From an uncultured Acidobacteriota bacterium (lineage in GTDB: Bacteria; Acidobacteriota; Terriglobia; UBA7540): a DNA stretch of 64,000 bases. The stretch is taken from positions 32,001 through 96,000 of the forward strand of contig CAWDSK010000008.1 in NCBI GenBank assembly GCA_963804995.1. Direction: 5' to 3'. The notes beneath the pieces are model-generated. The model saw nothing but the letters and a program-made list of their open reading frames with translations. It had not been told where the DNA came from and ran no database searches. The translations under genes and the position numbers were made by a program. Of this stretch, positions 29,151 through 39,259 are shown in pieces. The stretch's first letter is position 1; the number at the start of each line of letters is the position of its first letter.

Positions 29151-32100
29151 ATGAGAACTTCCTTTCGCTTGTCGACGGTTCTGTTGACACTCGTTCTATA
29201 TTTTTGTCCGGCATTGCCTGGAAGTGCGCGCAGCGGGGGGCGCGTATCGGGTGCAGATTCGCCTGCCGGAGGTGACCCCGCACCGTCGACAGCCACGATG
29301 GCCATTCCCGGTCCCTTGCGTCCCTTCCTGCGCTTGGCCGCGGTCAGCCAGAAGGTTTCCCTGGACGAAGTTCTGCCCCTCCTGGCCCGCCACGTGGTGA
29401 TGGAAGGGTACGGAGGACAGGAAAGGCCGCACTCACCCACGGAGTATCTGATTCTGGTGAAGCGCTATGTGGAACAGGCGCGGGAATTGCAGGCGCTGGC
29501 GGGCCCCGATGGAGTTATCCGAGTCTCCCAATGCAGCGCAGCGCAGCCGCTTCTGACGGTGATTGGGTACAGGCTGCGGGAGCCCTGCGGGCCCAACACC
29601 TCGCTTGAAACTTCCGATGCCAAGAGGGCCTTCATCACCGTCGACTCCGGTTTCCCTTTGGTCCAACTGGAAAACACGCTCCGCGGAGACAAACCGTTTG
29701 CCTATCCCTTTGGGAGTTCGCAGGTACCGGTACTGTTTAGCCGAGACGAGTGGGCGGCCATGAGCAGGGATAAAGGAAGCAAAGACCTGCTGGACTCGCT
29801 CCTGGGTGATCCAGCCTTGGCCCGGCTCTATTGGGCGTTGGCGAGGATGGATGACAATACCCGAACCTCTCTGAGGCAATCCCCGGGATTAACCGCGCTC
29901 CTGCCCCTTGCTCCCGTCCTCGATTTCTACGGCGAACAACTCCACCTTCACTCCGGGCGTGTTGTCGTGCCGGGTGGACCTTCGGCGGAATCCGCATGGA
30001 AGCAATTGGTGGGGGCCAGCCCCGATTCGCCAGGGGACTTCATACCGAAGCTTCTTGCCAAAGATGAAGGTTGGCTCGCCGTCTATTTTGACGCGCTCTC
30101 CCGGGTCAGCGGATCTCAACAGGCATATTTTACTGAACCTCGCCGTCTGGTTCGATTCTATGAGGCGTTGCGCGGACGTGACCCTTCTCCCGGCCCCGCA
30201 CGACCCGTCTTCCGCCCCGACCCTGCGCTTTTGCTGCTCGTGACGCGGTGCCCTTTGGATGCGAATGGCAAGGCGCATATTGCGGGTAATCTTGACGTGT
30301 GGAGAGAGATTATTCGTGGCGATAAAGAAACCAAGACCGCACGTGATTGGGGCAAACACACCGCCCATATTGACAACGCCGATAGTTTGTTGGAAAGTTT
30401 CGTCGCCCTTTCCCGGGTGAGCTGGGGGAGGGGACCCTTGCAGATCTTCCTTACGGTGAGTGAAATAGAACGCGAACGCTCTTCGGAACAGCCCCTGAGT
30501 CCTGAGACCGTGCGCTTGTTGGCCAAGGACTACGAGGTGCTGAGCGACCAATACCCCGTATTTGCTGAGTTCCACGTCCTCAACGACACGTCCATTACCC
30601 GTTTCATTAATCTTACAGAGGCCCTCGACCAGATTCCAGACGCCTATACGCGAGCTGAGGCCTTGGGCATTCTTCAGGCCAACGTCGGCCTCTGGGAAAT
30701 CCTGGCGCGGCAGGGGCAGATCCCGGTAACGAATTGGAATAACTCGTGGCAGTCGGTCATCCACCCGTTCGGGGATGTCCACACTACACCCCAGCTTTTC
30801 GATGCCACGCGAAGTTCCCTTGCGGAGCTCTTCCGTGCCGCGTCTGGTAAACCCCGGCTTACTCAGGACCAGGTCATACTCTTGCTCGCCGGTCCGAATC
30901 CCACCAACCAGGAAAACTCCGAGATTCGGCAAAAACTCGCCAACCAGATGCGCTCCGTCCTGGAAGCACAGCGGCTTGTTTCCTTCGACACGTTGATGGG
31001 GTTGGGGGATGGCCTGAGTCAGAAGGAGCAAGGAAAACCCTCAGGCGAATCGCTCCTGCCGCTCGCCGAAGAGCTGCGGGAATTTGAAATGCCGAAACCC
31101 GTCTTTACCACGGGTGAGCGAATCGACTGGACGGCTGGACCGTTCTCGGACCCGCACACCCAATCCGAGATGCAAACCAATCTGGCGGAAGTCGTCAAGT
31201 CGCAAGCGTCCGCTCAGGACCTGGCGGCGGCCCGCGGGCGATTGGTGCCCTTCTTGCGCGATTTTCTAGTGGGCCTGAACTACGCCTACTACGAGCCGCC
31301 GGGAGCGGTTATGCTTCACAACAACCCGCTGCTCGTCCGCCGCCATGATTTCTCCGGGGAGATCACCCGGGGAGCGGACCACCCCTGGCGCACCCCGCGT
31401 TTGGTCGGCCGCGGTGATACTTCGGGGGGCGGTGTCCGTCTGGCGGGGGGACTTGTCGGCTTGCCCTATGTACTATCGGAAGTAGAGCAGCAGTTCGTGG
31501 TGCCGGAAAACGTGCAATCCCTGATCTGGGAGGATTTGGTCCCAAGCCTCATGACCAGCGCCGTCTTGGCTCGCTGGTGGCGGGTAACGCGGGATGAACT
31601 CCACGCCGTTACGCTTCTCCAGCGTTTTGGGGAAGAACTGTTGACCGGCGCCTCTACGAATGACGACCTGCGGCAGAAGGTTGTGGGGATCCTTCCTGCC
31701 CGCATGGACCCACGGCGGGTAGAGGAAGTTGAAAAGGGCCTCCGCGCCGGCCATCCCCAAGAGGTCATCTCTCAGGTTACGCCCGCGGAATGCTTCTACC
31801 TGGCCATGGAGTTCCGCCGGGGATTCCCTGCCGAAGCAAATGGCTTGGGCAAAACGGGTCCCGAACTAGCCAGGCTTGCCGAACGCTCCCCCCAGGAAAT
31901 CAACCCGGCGAGGCTCTCGGAGGATTTCGGAGTTCCGCATCCAGCGCTTGCGCAGACCTATCGCCGCGAACTTCTCAACTTGAAGCCCTTTCCAACCTTC
32001 CTGGGTTACTTCAGCCGCCTGATGGCGGAATCATGGGAGTCCAACAACCTCTTCTGGGCCCGCTTGGCGGACGAGAAGGGATTGCCCCCGGAAGCGCTTA

Positions 32101-32264
32101 ATCAGTTGGTTCCCGATTTGACGCGCCGCATGGTGGAGAAGATCTTTGCTACGCACTTGGACGATTGGCCGTCGCTGCTGCGCGCTTTGCAGGAAACCGG
32201 GACAGAGTTTCGGGAAGGCAAGATGGAGTCTTTGCCCAAAACCAGCTCGCTCGCTCCGCTATGA
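29151..32264 (+). CDS. Large secreted hypothetical protein (about 1037 aa)
   Basis: Long uninterrupted ORF with N-terminal hydrophobic signal; no family recognised. Confidence 0.8.
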   Translation: MRTSFRLSTVLLTLVLYFCPALPGSARSGGRVSGADSPAGGDPAPSTATMAIPGPLRPFLRLAAVSQKVSLDEVLPLLARHVVMEGYGGQERPHSPTEYLILVKRYVEQARELQALAGPDGVIRVSQCSAAQPLLTVIGYRLREPCGPNTSLETSDAKRAFITVDSGFPLVQLENTLRGDKPFAYPFGSSQVPVLFSRDEWAAMSRDKGSKDLLDSLLGDPALARLYWALARMDDNTRTSLRQSPGLTALLPLAPVLDFYGEQLHLHSGRVVVPGGPSAESAWKQLVGASPDSPGDFIPKLLAKDEGWLAVYFDALSRVSGSQQAYFTEPRRLVRFYEALRGRDPSPGPARPVFRPDPALLLLVTRCPLDANGKAHIAGNLDVWREIIRGDKETKTARDWGKHTAHIDNADSLLESFVALSRVSWGRGPLQIFLTVSEIERERSSEQPLSPETVRLLAKDYEVLSDQYPVFAEFHVLNDTSITRFINLTEALDQIPDAYTRAEALGILQANVGLWEILARQGQIPVTNWNNSWQSVIHPFGDVHTTPQLFDATRSSLAELFRAASGKPRLTQDQVILLLAGPNPTNQENSEIRQKLANQMRSVLEAQRLVSFDTLMGLGDGLSQKEQGKPSGESLLPLAEELREFEMPKPVFTTGERIDWTAGPFSDPHTQSEMQTNLAEVVKSQASAQDLAAARGRLVPFLRDFLVGLNYAYYEPPGAVMLHNNPLLVRRHDFSGEITRGADHPWRTPRLVGRGDTSGGGVRLAGGLVGLPYVLSEVEQQFVVPENVQSLIWEDLVPSLMTSAVLARWWRVTRDELHAVTLLQRFGEELLTGASTNDDLRQKVVGILPARMDPRRVEEVEKGLRAGHPQEVISQVTPAECFYLAMEFRRGFPAEANGLGKTGPELARLAERSPQEINPARLSEDFGVPHPALAQTYRRELLNLKPFPTFLGYFSRLMAESWESNNLFWARLADEKGLPPEALNQLVPDLTRRMVEKIFATHLDDWPSLLRALQETGTEFREGKMESLPKTSSLAPL

Positions 32265-32296
32265 GGATCGTCATCGTGGGATTAGAAAGGTGACTT

Positions 32297-33376
32297 ATGG
32301 TGAAACGAAACTTTCTGCTCGGTTTGCTCGGCTTGGGGGTTCTCGCCGGGGGCGCAGTTTGGATAGGCGCGCAGGAAAATAAACCCGATACGGTCTTTCG
32401 AGTCACCGTGAACATGGTGCAGTTGGATGTGGCCGTGACGGACAAGAAAGGGGACTACGTCACCGGCCTCAGCCCCTGGGACTTCCAGATTTTTGAAGAC
32501 GGGATTACCCAGAAGCTCGCCACCTTTGGTGAGGAGAATGAGGCACCCCGCCGGCTCGAGGACTATGCGCGGGGGGAAAGCAATCCCACCTTGACACGGC
32601 CTCAACCCTCCAAGCCGCAGCCGCGTGAGGCAGCGCCGTCCGGCCTCATCCAGACGGAGACTCCGGAGCGCGTCACGGCTCTGATCGCCGGCGCCAGTGT
32701 GTTCATCCTTTTCGACACCAGCAACTACATGTACAAGGGATTCGTCTATGCGCAGGATGCGATTGCGGAATTTGTCCGCTCGCTGGACCATCCCTATCGC
32801 GTGGCGTTCTACTCCTATAGCCGCAACTTTTCGCGGATTTGTATGCTGACCCCAGACCGCACAATGGCTTTGATGGGGGTTCGCGATACCGTGGCCGGAG
32901 ATAACGCCGCGCTTTATGACGCGCTGCTATTAACCCTCAAGGATGCGGGCCAGTTTTCCGGGAGGAGGGTGGTGGTCGTCTTCTCGAACGGCCCTGACAA
33001 CACCAGTATGGTGGCGCCTGAGGATGTCCGCGAGGTTGCTCAAACGGAAGGAATCCCGATCTACATGATCAGTACCCAGCAGGCGCGACTGGACCCGGTA
33101 TCGACCGCGGTTTTCGAACGCATGAGCGCCAGCACGGGGGGTAAATCCTACTTTGCCAAGAACTGGCAGGATCAGGCGAAGGCGTTCGCTTCCATTCGCG
33201 ATGACCTGGCGCATCTCTATACGCTTACTTATTACCCGCAGCCCAACCCCAATTACGGCTGGCGCAGTATCACGGTGCGCTTGGCGGGCGATCGCTTAAA
33301 GAACTTCCACGTGCGGACACGCAGCGGGTATCGGCCCCGTGCCATTCGGCGCGCGCAGTTGAACTTCAACCAGTGA
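32297..33376 (+). CDS. VWA-domain protein, Acidobacterial VWFA-related type
   Basis: FRVTVNMVQLDVAVTDKKG..VTGL...DF.IFEDG..Q, ALYDA, STGG and YTLTYYP...RTRSGY. Confidence 0.88.
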   Translation: MVKRNFLLGLLGLGVLAGGAVWIGAQENKPDTVFRVTVNMVQLDVAVTDKKGDYVTGLSPWDFQIFEDGITQKLATFGEENEAPRRLEDYARGESNPTLTRPQPSKPQPREAAPSGLIQTETPERVTALIAGASVFILFDTSNYMYKGFVYAQDAIAEFVRSLDHPYRVAFYSYSRNFSRICMLTPDRTMALMGVRDTVAGDNAALYDALLLTLKDAGQFSGRRVVVVFSNGPDNTSMVAPEDVREVAQTEGIPIYMISTQQARLDPVSTAVFERMSASTGGKSYFAKNWQDQAKAFASIRDDLAHLYTLTYYPQPNPNYGWRSITVRLAGDRLKNFHVRTRSGYRPRAIRRAQLNFNQ

Positions 33377-33444
33377 ATCGCGCCGTAACGGATTGAGGCT
33401 ACTCCCGAGGAAGCGGACTCTGTCGCTTCAGAATGCCAGCGCCG

Positions 33445-33774
33445 TTAAGAGGAGGGCGGGGTAGCCACCGTTACATCCGTGACGGTGATCGAGTCGCCGT
33501 TCACACTGCCCATCACCTTCACGGCCTTTCCGCCCATACCCTTGAACTTATCTTGCGCGTCGAGCTGATAAACCTTGCCTTCGGAAACCAGAATGTACTT
33601 GGCCCCGCCGGAAACGCAATGCTCAACGCACGGCGCACCTGCCGCATTAGCCGTCGCGTGCTTCACGCCACAATGGGAATCACTGACCGTTCCGTAAATA
33701 GCTTTATCCTCTGCCCATGCCAGGCAACCGAAAACCAGGATCGAGAACACCACGAGCATAAGTTTCTTCGTCAT
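33445..33774 (-). CDS. Small secreted OB-fold-like protein with DSHCGxxH...CxxxC motif
   Basis: AAAGGAGG RBS before ATG at 33774; signal peptide; Cys/His cluster. Confidence 0.8.
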   Translation of the reverse strand: MTKKLMLVVFSILVFGCLAWAEDKAIYGTVSDSHCGVKHATANAAGAPCVEHCVSGGAKYILVSEGKVYQLDAQDKFKGMGGKAVKVMGSVNGDSITVTDVTVATPPSS

Positions 33775-34233
33775 CTTAATTCCTCCTTTTAGTCCGATGG
33801 TCTGTTTCCAGGACGCGTTTGCAAATCGTGACATTCTGAACGATCCCGCGTCGTCACCCAGTTTTCTGGTGGGACAACGCCCGCTACAGCCCGCGTAGAG
33901 CAACAAGTGGGACATTCCATGCGTCTGGAATTCCCCTCGCTTAGGATTTAACTGGTGACAAAACGCAATATTACGGGTGACCACAGTCAGTATGACAGGT
34001 CCCAGCGCAGTTCGCAAGTTGCGGATTTGTTTCGGATATTTTGATTGGCGAAGAGCAGTTACGCCTTCGCTTCGTGCCCCTCTTTGACCTTTTCGCGTGG
34101 TTTCCTGATTTCAGGCGAGACTGGGTCGGGCGCGCTCAGGCTACCTGGCGGCGCAAGGCCCCTGGCGTCTTGGCGGGACGGGCGATGGCATGCCGACGTT
34201 GGCGGCGCACGCCCCGGCTCGTAGCAAGACGCA

Positions 34234-35238
34234 CTACGGCTGCGTCATTTTGACTGGTCGTGCCAAGGCCCCCAGCGTGGTAGCGAGCCAGCTATTCATG
34301 GCTTCTCGATTCTGGTAAACCTCTGTCAAGGGACGTTCGCGATAGCTTTTGCCCACGCCGGTTTGAAAACCCAGCGCCGCAAACCCTCTTCGCTTCTGCC
34401 AGAGGAGCTTGCCGCTGCCGTTCCACAGTTTCATGTCCACCGTGGCGGCATACACCCAACCCTTTCCGCCAAATGCGTTCACACCGGTCAGCGCCGCCAG
34501 CGCCCGAGTCTTCTTGGCGGCCACGGTTTCCGTCATGTCATCCCAGGAAGCCATTTGTTGTTTGACGGTCGCCTTCACTTTCTCGACATTGATTTCCAGC
34601 ACGGCGTCAACGTGGGCCGCTTCGGCAACTTTTGAGGCGTGGGAGCGCTGCGCCTCCAGGAGCCGTTGCATATCCACTTGCCCCGTTTGGGGGTCGATCG
34701 AATCCAGCGGGTTGGAGGAAGCGGTGGTCCGGCTGGCAATCTCTGCCCCCAGTTCCGCGGGCGCCACGTACCATCCGGCATTGTCCTGAAGGTACTTGGC
34801 AATGGCGGCGAACAACCCCTGCGTGTTCTCAACATCCTCGGACCTGGGCAGAATAATGATGCGCTTGATACCCGCTCCGAGCTGGTCTGCGGGCAGGAAC
34901 ATATTCTCTTCAGGCAATTCAATGTCTTCCAGGTGATTCGCGCCGCCCTCAGTCGTATACCAGACGGTCACGCGCGCCCCCATGCCGACTTGGGAAGAGT
35001 AGTCCTTAGCGGTCAGGATTTTGATCTCCTGGGGTTTCTTGTCGAGCACGGTAATGCTGTTGGGCGTGATAGCGACGGCAAATCCTTCCACCTTGATTCC
35101 CGTATGCTTAGGTTTTTGGGCCGCGATGACTGAGGAATGGGCGGCCGCTAGCAGGCAGAGAGCCGCCAGCGCCTGAGCGATGAGGCGCCCCGGCGTGATG
35201 AGCTGCTTGCGGTGGACTTTATTGAGCTTGACCAGCAC
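34234..35238 (-). CDS. Secreted hypothetical protein
   Basis: 334-aa ORF with signal-like N-terminus and GGAGG upstream. Confidence 0.7.
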   Translation of the reverse strand: MLVKLNKVHRKQLITPGRLIAQALAALCLLAAAHSSVIAAQKPKHTGIKVEGFAVAITPNSITVLDKKPQEIKILTAKDYSSQVGMGARVTVWYTTEGGANHLEDIELPEENMFLPADQLGAGIKRIIILPRSEDVENTQGLFAAIAKYLQDNAGWYVAPAELGAEIASRTTASSNPLDSIDPQTGQVDMQRLLEAQRSHASKVAEAAHVDAVLEINVEKVKATVKQQMASWDDMTETVAAKKTRALAALTGVNAFGGKGWVYAATVDMKLWNGSGKLLWQKRRGFAALGFQTGVGKSYRERPLTEVYQNREAMNSWLATTLGALARPVKMTQP

Positions 35239-35277
35239 AAATGCCTCCGGTTCGGTAGGGTCTTAACATAGGTGCTA

Positions 35278-36870
35278 CTACTTCCTGCGTACGGGGCGTC
35301 CGGCCAGTGCCCCGGTCACTTTTGTTTCCTTTACGGCGACCGCTCCGTTAACAATCACATAAGCGATTCCTCCCGGCGGTTCCCAGGGATCTTCAAACGT
35401 GGCGCGGTCCTCCAGTCGCGCTGGGTCGAAGATAATAATATCGGCCCAATCGCCTTCGCGGATGAGCCCACGATCGGGCAGGGCAAAGATTTCCGCCGCC
35501 AGGCCGGTCGAACGCCGCACAGACTCTTCCAAGGTCAGGAGCTTCAGGTTGCGCACGTACTCCGTGAAGATGCGTGGGAAAGTGCCGGCGCCGCGCGGGT
35601 GAGGCCGCCCCAGGCCGCGGTAGTGCACGGAGCTGTCCGACCCAAACACCATGTCGGGAGCGGTGATGAGCTGCCGCACGTCCGGCTCACTCATTTCATC
35701 GGCAATAATTTGTACGTCGCCGCGGGCTTGGGTTTTTAAGATCCAGGCGGCTTGCTCGGTTGGCGAAGCTCCGCCCGTTCCCTCTTTCACGATGTCGGGG
35801 ATGGTCTTCCCAATCCATTCCTTGTGCTTTTCGCTGAAGGCCACGCGCGCATTCGAGTAGTCCTGCCAGCCGTCGCGGCGCAACTTGGCCAGCGTGAGGT
35901 CGACGGCGCGGGCAAAGTTTTTCGAATGCTCCGCCGCCGGGCCGCCCAGCAGGGGATAAGCCTCCGGGGGAATCAGGTATTCGAGTGTGCTGCTGACGGC
36001 CGTGTAAGGATACATATCCGAGGTCAGGCGAATCTGTTTTCCGACGGTCTGGCGCGCCCCATCCAGACGCGCTCGCGCCGTCCCCCATTGGGAGCGCCCC
36101 GCCGCCTTGAAATGCGAAATGTGCAGTCGGGTTGCGCCGGCGCGCTGGGCGGTTTCGACGGCCTCCTGCAAAGCTTGGCGGCCTCCGGCGGCTTCGTCGC
36201 GCAGGTGCGTGGCGTAGATCGCCCCTTCCTCCGCCGCGACGTGCACCAGCGCTACCACTTCGTCCTCACCGGCGTATAGACCGGGCTTGTAGCAGAGCCC
36301 CGTGGAAAAACCCAGTGCTCCGGCCTCGATGCCACCCCTGACCAGCGCTTCCATGCGCGCCATCTGTTCCGGCGAGGGTTTCGGCCGCGCACCACAAACC
36401 TGCTGCCGCAGGGTGTTGTGCCCCACCAGCGTCGCGACATTGATGGCCAGTTTGAGGCTGGCAAGCTTGTGGAAGAAGGCGGCCATGTCCGGCGCCGAGT
36501 GGCCGCAGTTCCCCGTGATGACGGTGGTGACCCCTTGCAACAGGAAATTGTTGGCGGCAAAACGCTGGGTGGAATGCTGGATCTGATCTTCGATGTGAAC
36601 GTGGACATCGATGAACCCGGGGGCTACAACCTGGCCGTGGGCGTCAATGCGGGCGCGCGCTGGGGCCTGACCGAGCGACCCGATCTTTTCGATGCGGCCG
36701 TCGCGGATGCCGAGGTCGGCGCGGAAGCCGGGGCGCCCCGTGCCGTCCACAATCACGCCATTCGTGATGATGAGGTCGTAGGCGTTCTGGGAGGCGGCGC
36801 GATGCGCTCCCCAGGCGAGAAGAAGAATCAGTACGGACGCGCCGACGAATTGCCGCAAGCTTGGCATCAT
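35278..36870 (-). CDS. N-acyl-D-amino-acid deacylase (amidohydrolase family)
   Basis: VAPGFIDVHVH, GVTTVITGNCG, GALGFSTGL, HISHFK and PHPRGAGTFPR. Confidence 0.92.
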   Translation of the reverse strand: MMPSLRQFVGASVLILLLAWGAHRAASQNAYDLIITNGVIVDGTGRPGFRADLGIRDGRIEKIGSLGQAPARARIDAHGQVVAPGFIDVHVHIEDQIQHSTQRFAANNFLLQGVTTVITGNCGHSAPDMAAFFHKLASLKLAINVATLVGHNTLRQQVCGARPKPSPEQMARMEALVRGGIEAGALGFSTGLCYKPGLYAGEDEVVALVHVAAEEGAIYATHLRDEAAGGRQALQEAVETAQRAGATRLHISHFKAAGRSQWGTARARLDGARQTVGKQIRLTSDMYPYTAVSSTLEYLIPPEAYPLLGGPAAEHSKNFARAVDLTLAKLRRDGWQDYSNARVAFSEKHKEWIGKTIPDIVKEGTGGASPTEQAAWILKTQARGDVQIIADEMSEPDVRQLITAPDMVFGSDSSVHYRGLGRPHPRGAGTFPRIFTEYVRNLKLLTLEESVRRSTGLAAEIFALPDRGLIREGDWADIIIFDPARLEDRATFEDPWEPPGGIAYVIVNGAVAVKETKVTGALAGRPVRRK

Positions 36871-36995
36871 TGGCAGGTTACGCAGGTTTTGCGGATTAAA
36901 CAAGGTGCTGGGCGGTGGGGGGCTGGGGACTAGGGACTGGGGTCTAGGTGCTGGCTCGATCCCCTTGTCCCTTTGTGGTGATGGGGCAGGAATCA

Positions 36996-37535
36996 CGTAG
37001 CGCGGTCCCCCGTTTTTGGGGTCCGCGGTTCTTCGCTAGATTCGTGGATCTGATTCTGCGACGAACCCCCTCACCCGTCCCGCCCCGGCTGGTGAAAGCG
37101 CCGGCGGCGGTCCACCCTCTCCCCCCGGAGAGGGCTATGAATCAATTTGCAGGCTTTCCATACGGGCGAGGGCGAGAACCCAGCGAACTAGCAACGTAGC
37201 GCGGTCCCCCGTTTTTGGGGTCCGCGGTTCTTCGTTAGATTCGTGGATCTGATTCTGCGACGAACCCCCTCACCCGTCCCGCCCCGGCTGGTGAAAGCGC
37301 CGGCGGCGGTCCACCCTCTCCCCCCGGAGAGGGCTATGAATCAATTTGCAGGCTTTCCATACGGGCGAGGGCGAGAACCCAGCGAACTAGCAACGTAGCG
37401 CGGTCCCCCGTCTTTGGGGTCCGCGGTTCTTCGCTAGATTTACGCGTCCCAATTCGAGGGCAGATCCCTGTGGTCAAGGTTTGCAGTATTTCGCGAGAAG
37501 AGCCGCAGACCTCAACCGCGGAGGTCTGCGCTACG
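36996..37535. repeat. Tandem array of a 199-bp composite REP unit (2.2 copies) closed by an inverted REP
   Basis: Unit starts at 36996, 37195 and 37394 (cgtagcgcggtcccccgtttttggggtccgcgg); closing gaggtctgcgctac near 37521-37534. Confidence 0.92.
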
Positions 37536-37558
37536 CTTTCTTCAATCCGTGGCGACTT

Positions 37559-38086
37559 CTACTTCATCTCCAAAACGTATTTGCCGAGATAAAGTTTTGC
37601 CGGGGCGCCCTTGGCGGTGGTTACACTGAGCGGCTTCGGTTGGCTTACGGTGTCATCTTTTTTGACAGCGCACTCACCCAGCTTTTCGCCGGCTTGGTTG
37701 TAGAGCATGAACATGGCGTCGGCGTTGCTCGTGGCCGCAGGGCGGTTTAAGCCAAAGCCGTAACTGCCCACCCCGATGGCGATGCTGCACACGGAAAGTT
37801 TGGTTTCCGTGATCAACATGCCAATGTACTTCTCTTGGATTTGCGAGGTGTAACCAGTCGTGTCGATCAGAGCCACCACCAGGCGCGCGCCTTTGGCGTT
37901 CTTCAACACCGCGGCGTTGCGCGCCTCAACCGGGATGTTTTCTCCCACCAGATAGAAGTGCGCGGGTAGGGCATGATTATAGGCGTCGCCCGTGACCGGT
38001 TCGAACCCGCCTTGGGCGCGGGCAGGGTTCGGCCAGACGGCCAGGACGAAAGCGAAGCTTGCTATAAGCAGCAGTGATTTCTTCAT
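37559..38086 (-). CDS. Secreted hypothetical protein (175 aa)
   Basis: MKKSLLLIASFAFVLAVWPNPARA signal peptide; AAAGGGGG RBS. Confidence 0.8.
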   Translation of the reverse strand: MKKSLLLIASFAFVLAVWPNPARAQGGFEPVTGDAYNHALPAHFYLVGENIPVEARNAAVLKNAKGARLVVALIDTTGYTSQIQEKYIGMLITETKLSVCSIAIGVGSYGFGLNRPAATSNADAMFMLYNQAGEKLGECAVKKDDTVSQPKPLSVTTAKGAPAKLYLGKYVLEMK

Positions 38087-38198
38087 GGGTTTCCCCCTTT
38101 GAGATTGCTTGTGAATGACGAGATGACTCGCGAGCCTCGAACGCGCCAAGTGTACCACGAATGATGCACGCCGGACACGGCGGGCCTTCAAAAGCCAG

Positions 38199-38435
38199 CG
38201 TAGCGCGGTCCCCCGTTTTTGGGGTCCGCGGTTCTTCGCCACAATACGTTCGCTCACTTGGCGCACGAAGAACCGCAGACCTCAACGGGAAGGTGTGAAA
38301 AAATACCATTTTCACCGCTGAGTCGCTGAGACGCAGAGAAATGACCCTTTGTTTTCAAACCTCTGCGCCTCCGCGTCTCCGCGGTGAAAGGTTTGATGGG
38401 ATTTTTTCACAGCTTCCGGCGGAGGCCTGCGCTAC
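38199..38435. repeat. REPIN-like inverted REP pair whose right arm is interrupted by a MITE
   Basis: gtagcgcggtccccc..gggtccgcgg ... ccgcagacctcaa[insert]cggaggcctgcgctac. Confidence 0.85.
38289..38416. mobile_element. 128-bp MITE with GAAG(G/C)TGTGAAAAAAT terminal inverted repeats and CGG target duplication
   Basis: Ends match 15/16; CGG at 38286-38288 and 38417-38419. Confidence 0.8.
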
Positions 38436-38439
38436 ACAC

Positions 38440-39246
38440 TCACGCCAGAAACTTGCGCAGGTAGGGGTCCGTTGAGCTCGCAAATTCCTGCTCGCTACCC
38501 TGAAAATAAATTTTGCTGTCGCGCAACAACAGGAATCGGGTGGGGGCGGCGGAATTGGGCGAGCGAATCGGTTGCAGAGGCGCCAGGGTTTGTTCCTCCG
38601 CGGAGTAGAAGTAGTTGGCCAAAAAGAAAGCGTCTTGCAAGCGCTGCGTGGCCACCACCGATGTGACGTGTTGCACTTCGCGCAGCTTGGCAATCAGCAC
38701 ATCGATGGTGTGACTGGTGACGGGATCAAGCCCTCCGGTAGGGGAATCATAGAGCATAATGGCCGGGTTGCTCACGATGGCGCGCGCCACTGAAACCCGG
38801 CGTCGCATGCCTCCGGAAAGCTCCGAGGGCATCTTCTCAATCGCCGCCTCCATTTCGACAAACCGCAACACTTCACGCACCCGCCGCTCGATTCGAGCTT
38901 CATCCTCTATATGTTCTTCGCGCAATCGGTAAGCAACATTTTCATAAACCGATAGGGAATCGAAAAGCGCACCTTCCTGAAAGACTATCCCCATGCGCAG
39001 GCGGATGGGCTGCAAGGCTTCCTCGGGGAGGGGAACGAGGTCCTGGCCTTCAATCAGCACCTGCCCCGCGTCGGGCTTGAGGAGGCCCAGGAGCAGCTTG
39101 AGCAGAACGGATTTTCCCGAACCCGTCACCCCCAGCAGGATGAGCGTTTCACCCGCTCCCAGAGCAAAGGAGATGCCGGAGAGGACGCGTTTGTCCTCAA
39201 AGGATAGAGAAACATTGCGGAGCTCGATGGCGGGTGTGGAAGGCAT
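38440..39246 (-). CDS. mlaF: ABC transporter ATP-binding protein, MlaF/Mkl family
   Basis: GVTGSGKS, GIVFQEGALFDSLSVYENVAY, PSELSGGMRRRV and YDSPTGGLDP. Confidence 0.9.
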   Translation of the reverse strand: MPSTPAIELRNVSLSFEDKRVLSGISFALGAGETLILLGVTGSGKSVLLKLLLGLLKPDAGQVLIEGQDLVPLPEEALQPIRLRMGIVFQEGALFDSLSVYENVAYRLREEHIEDEARIERRVREVLRFVEMEAAIEKMPSELSGGMRRRVSVARAIVSNPAIMLYDSPTGGLDPVTSHTIDVLIAKLREVQHVTSVVATQRLQDAFFLANYFYSAEEQTLAPLQPIRSPNSAAPTRFLLLRDSKIYFQGSEQEFASSTDPYLRKFLA

Positions 39247-39259
39247 AAAAGAAGGAGAT

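Noticed and set aside
36996..37440. CRISPR array
   Set aside because: The sequences between repeats are identical 199-bp units rather than unique spacers, and no cas genes are present.
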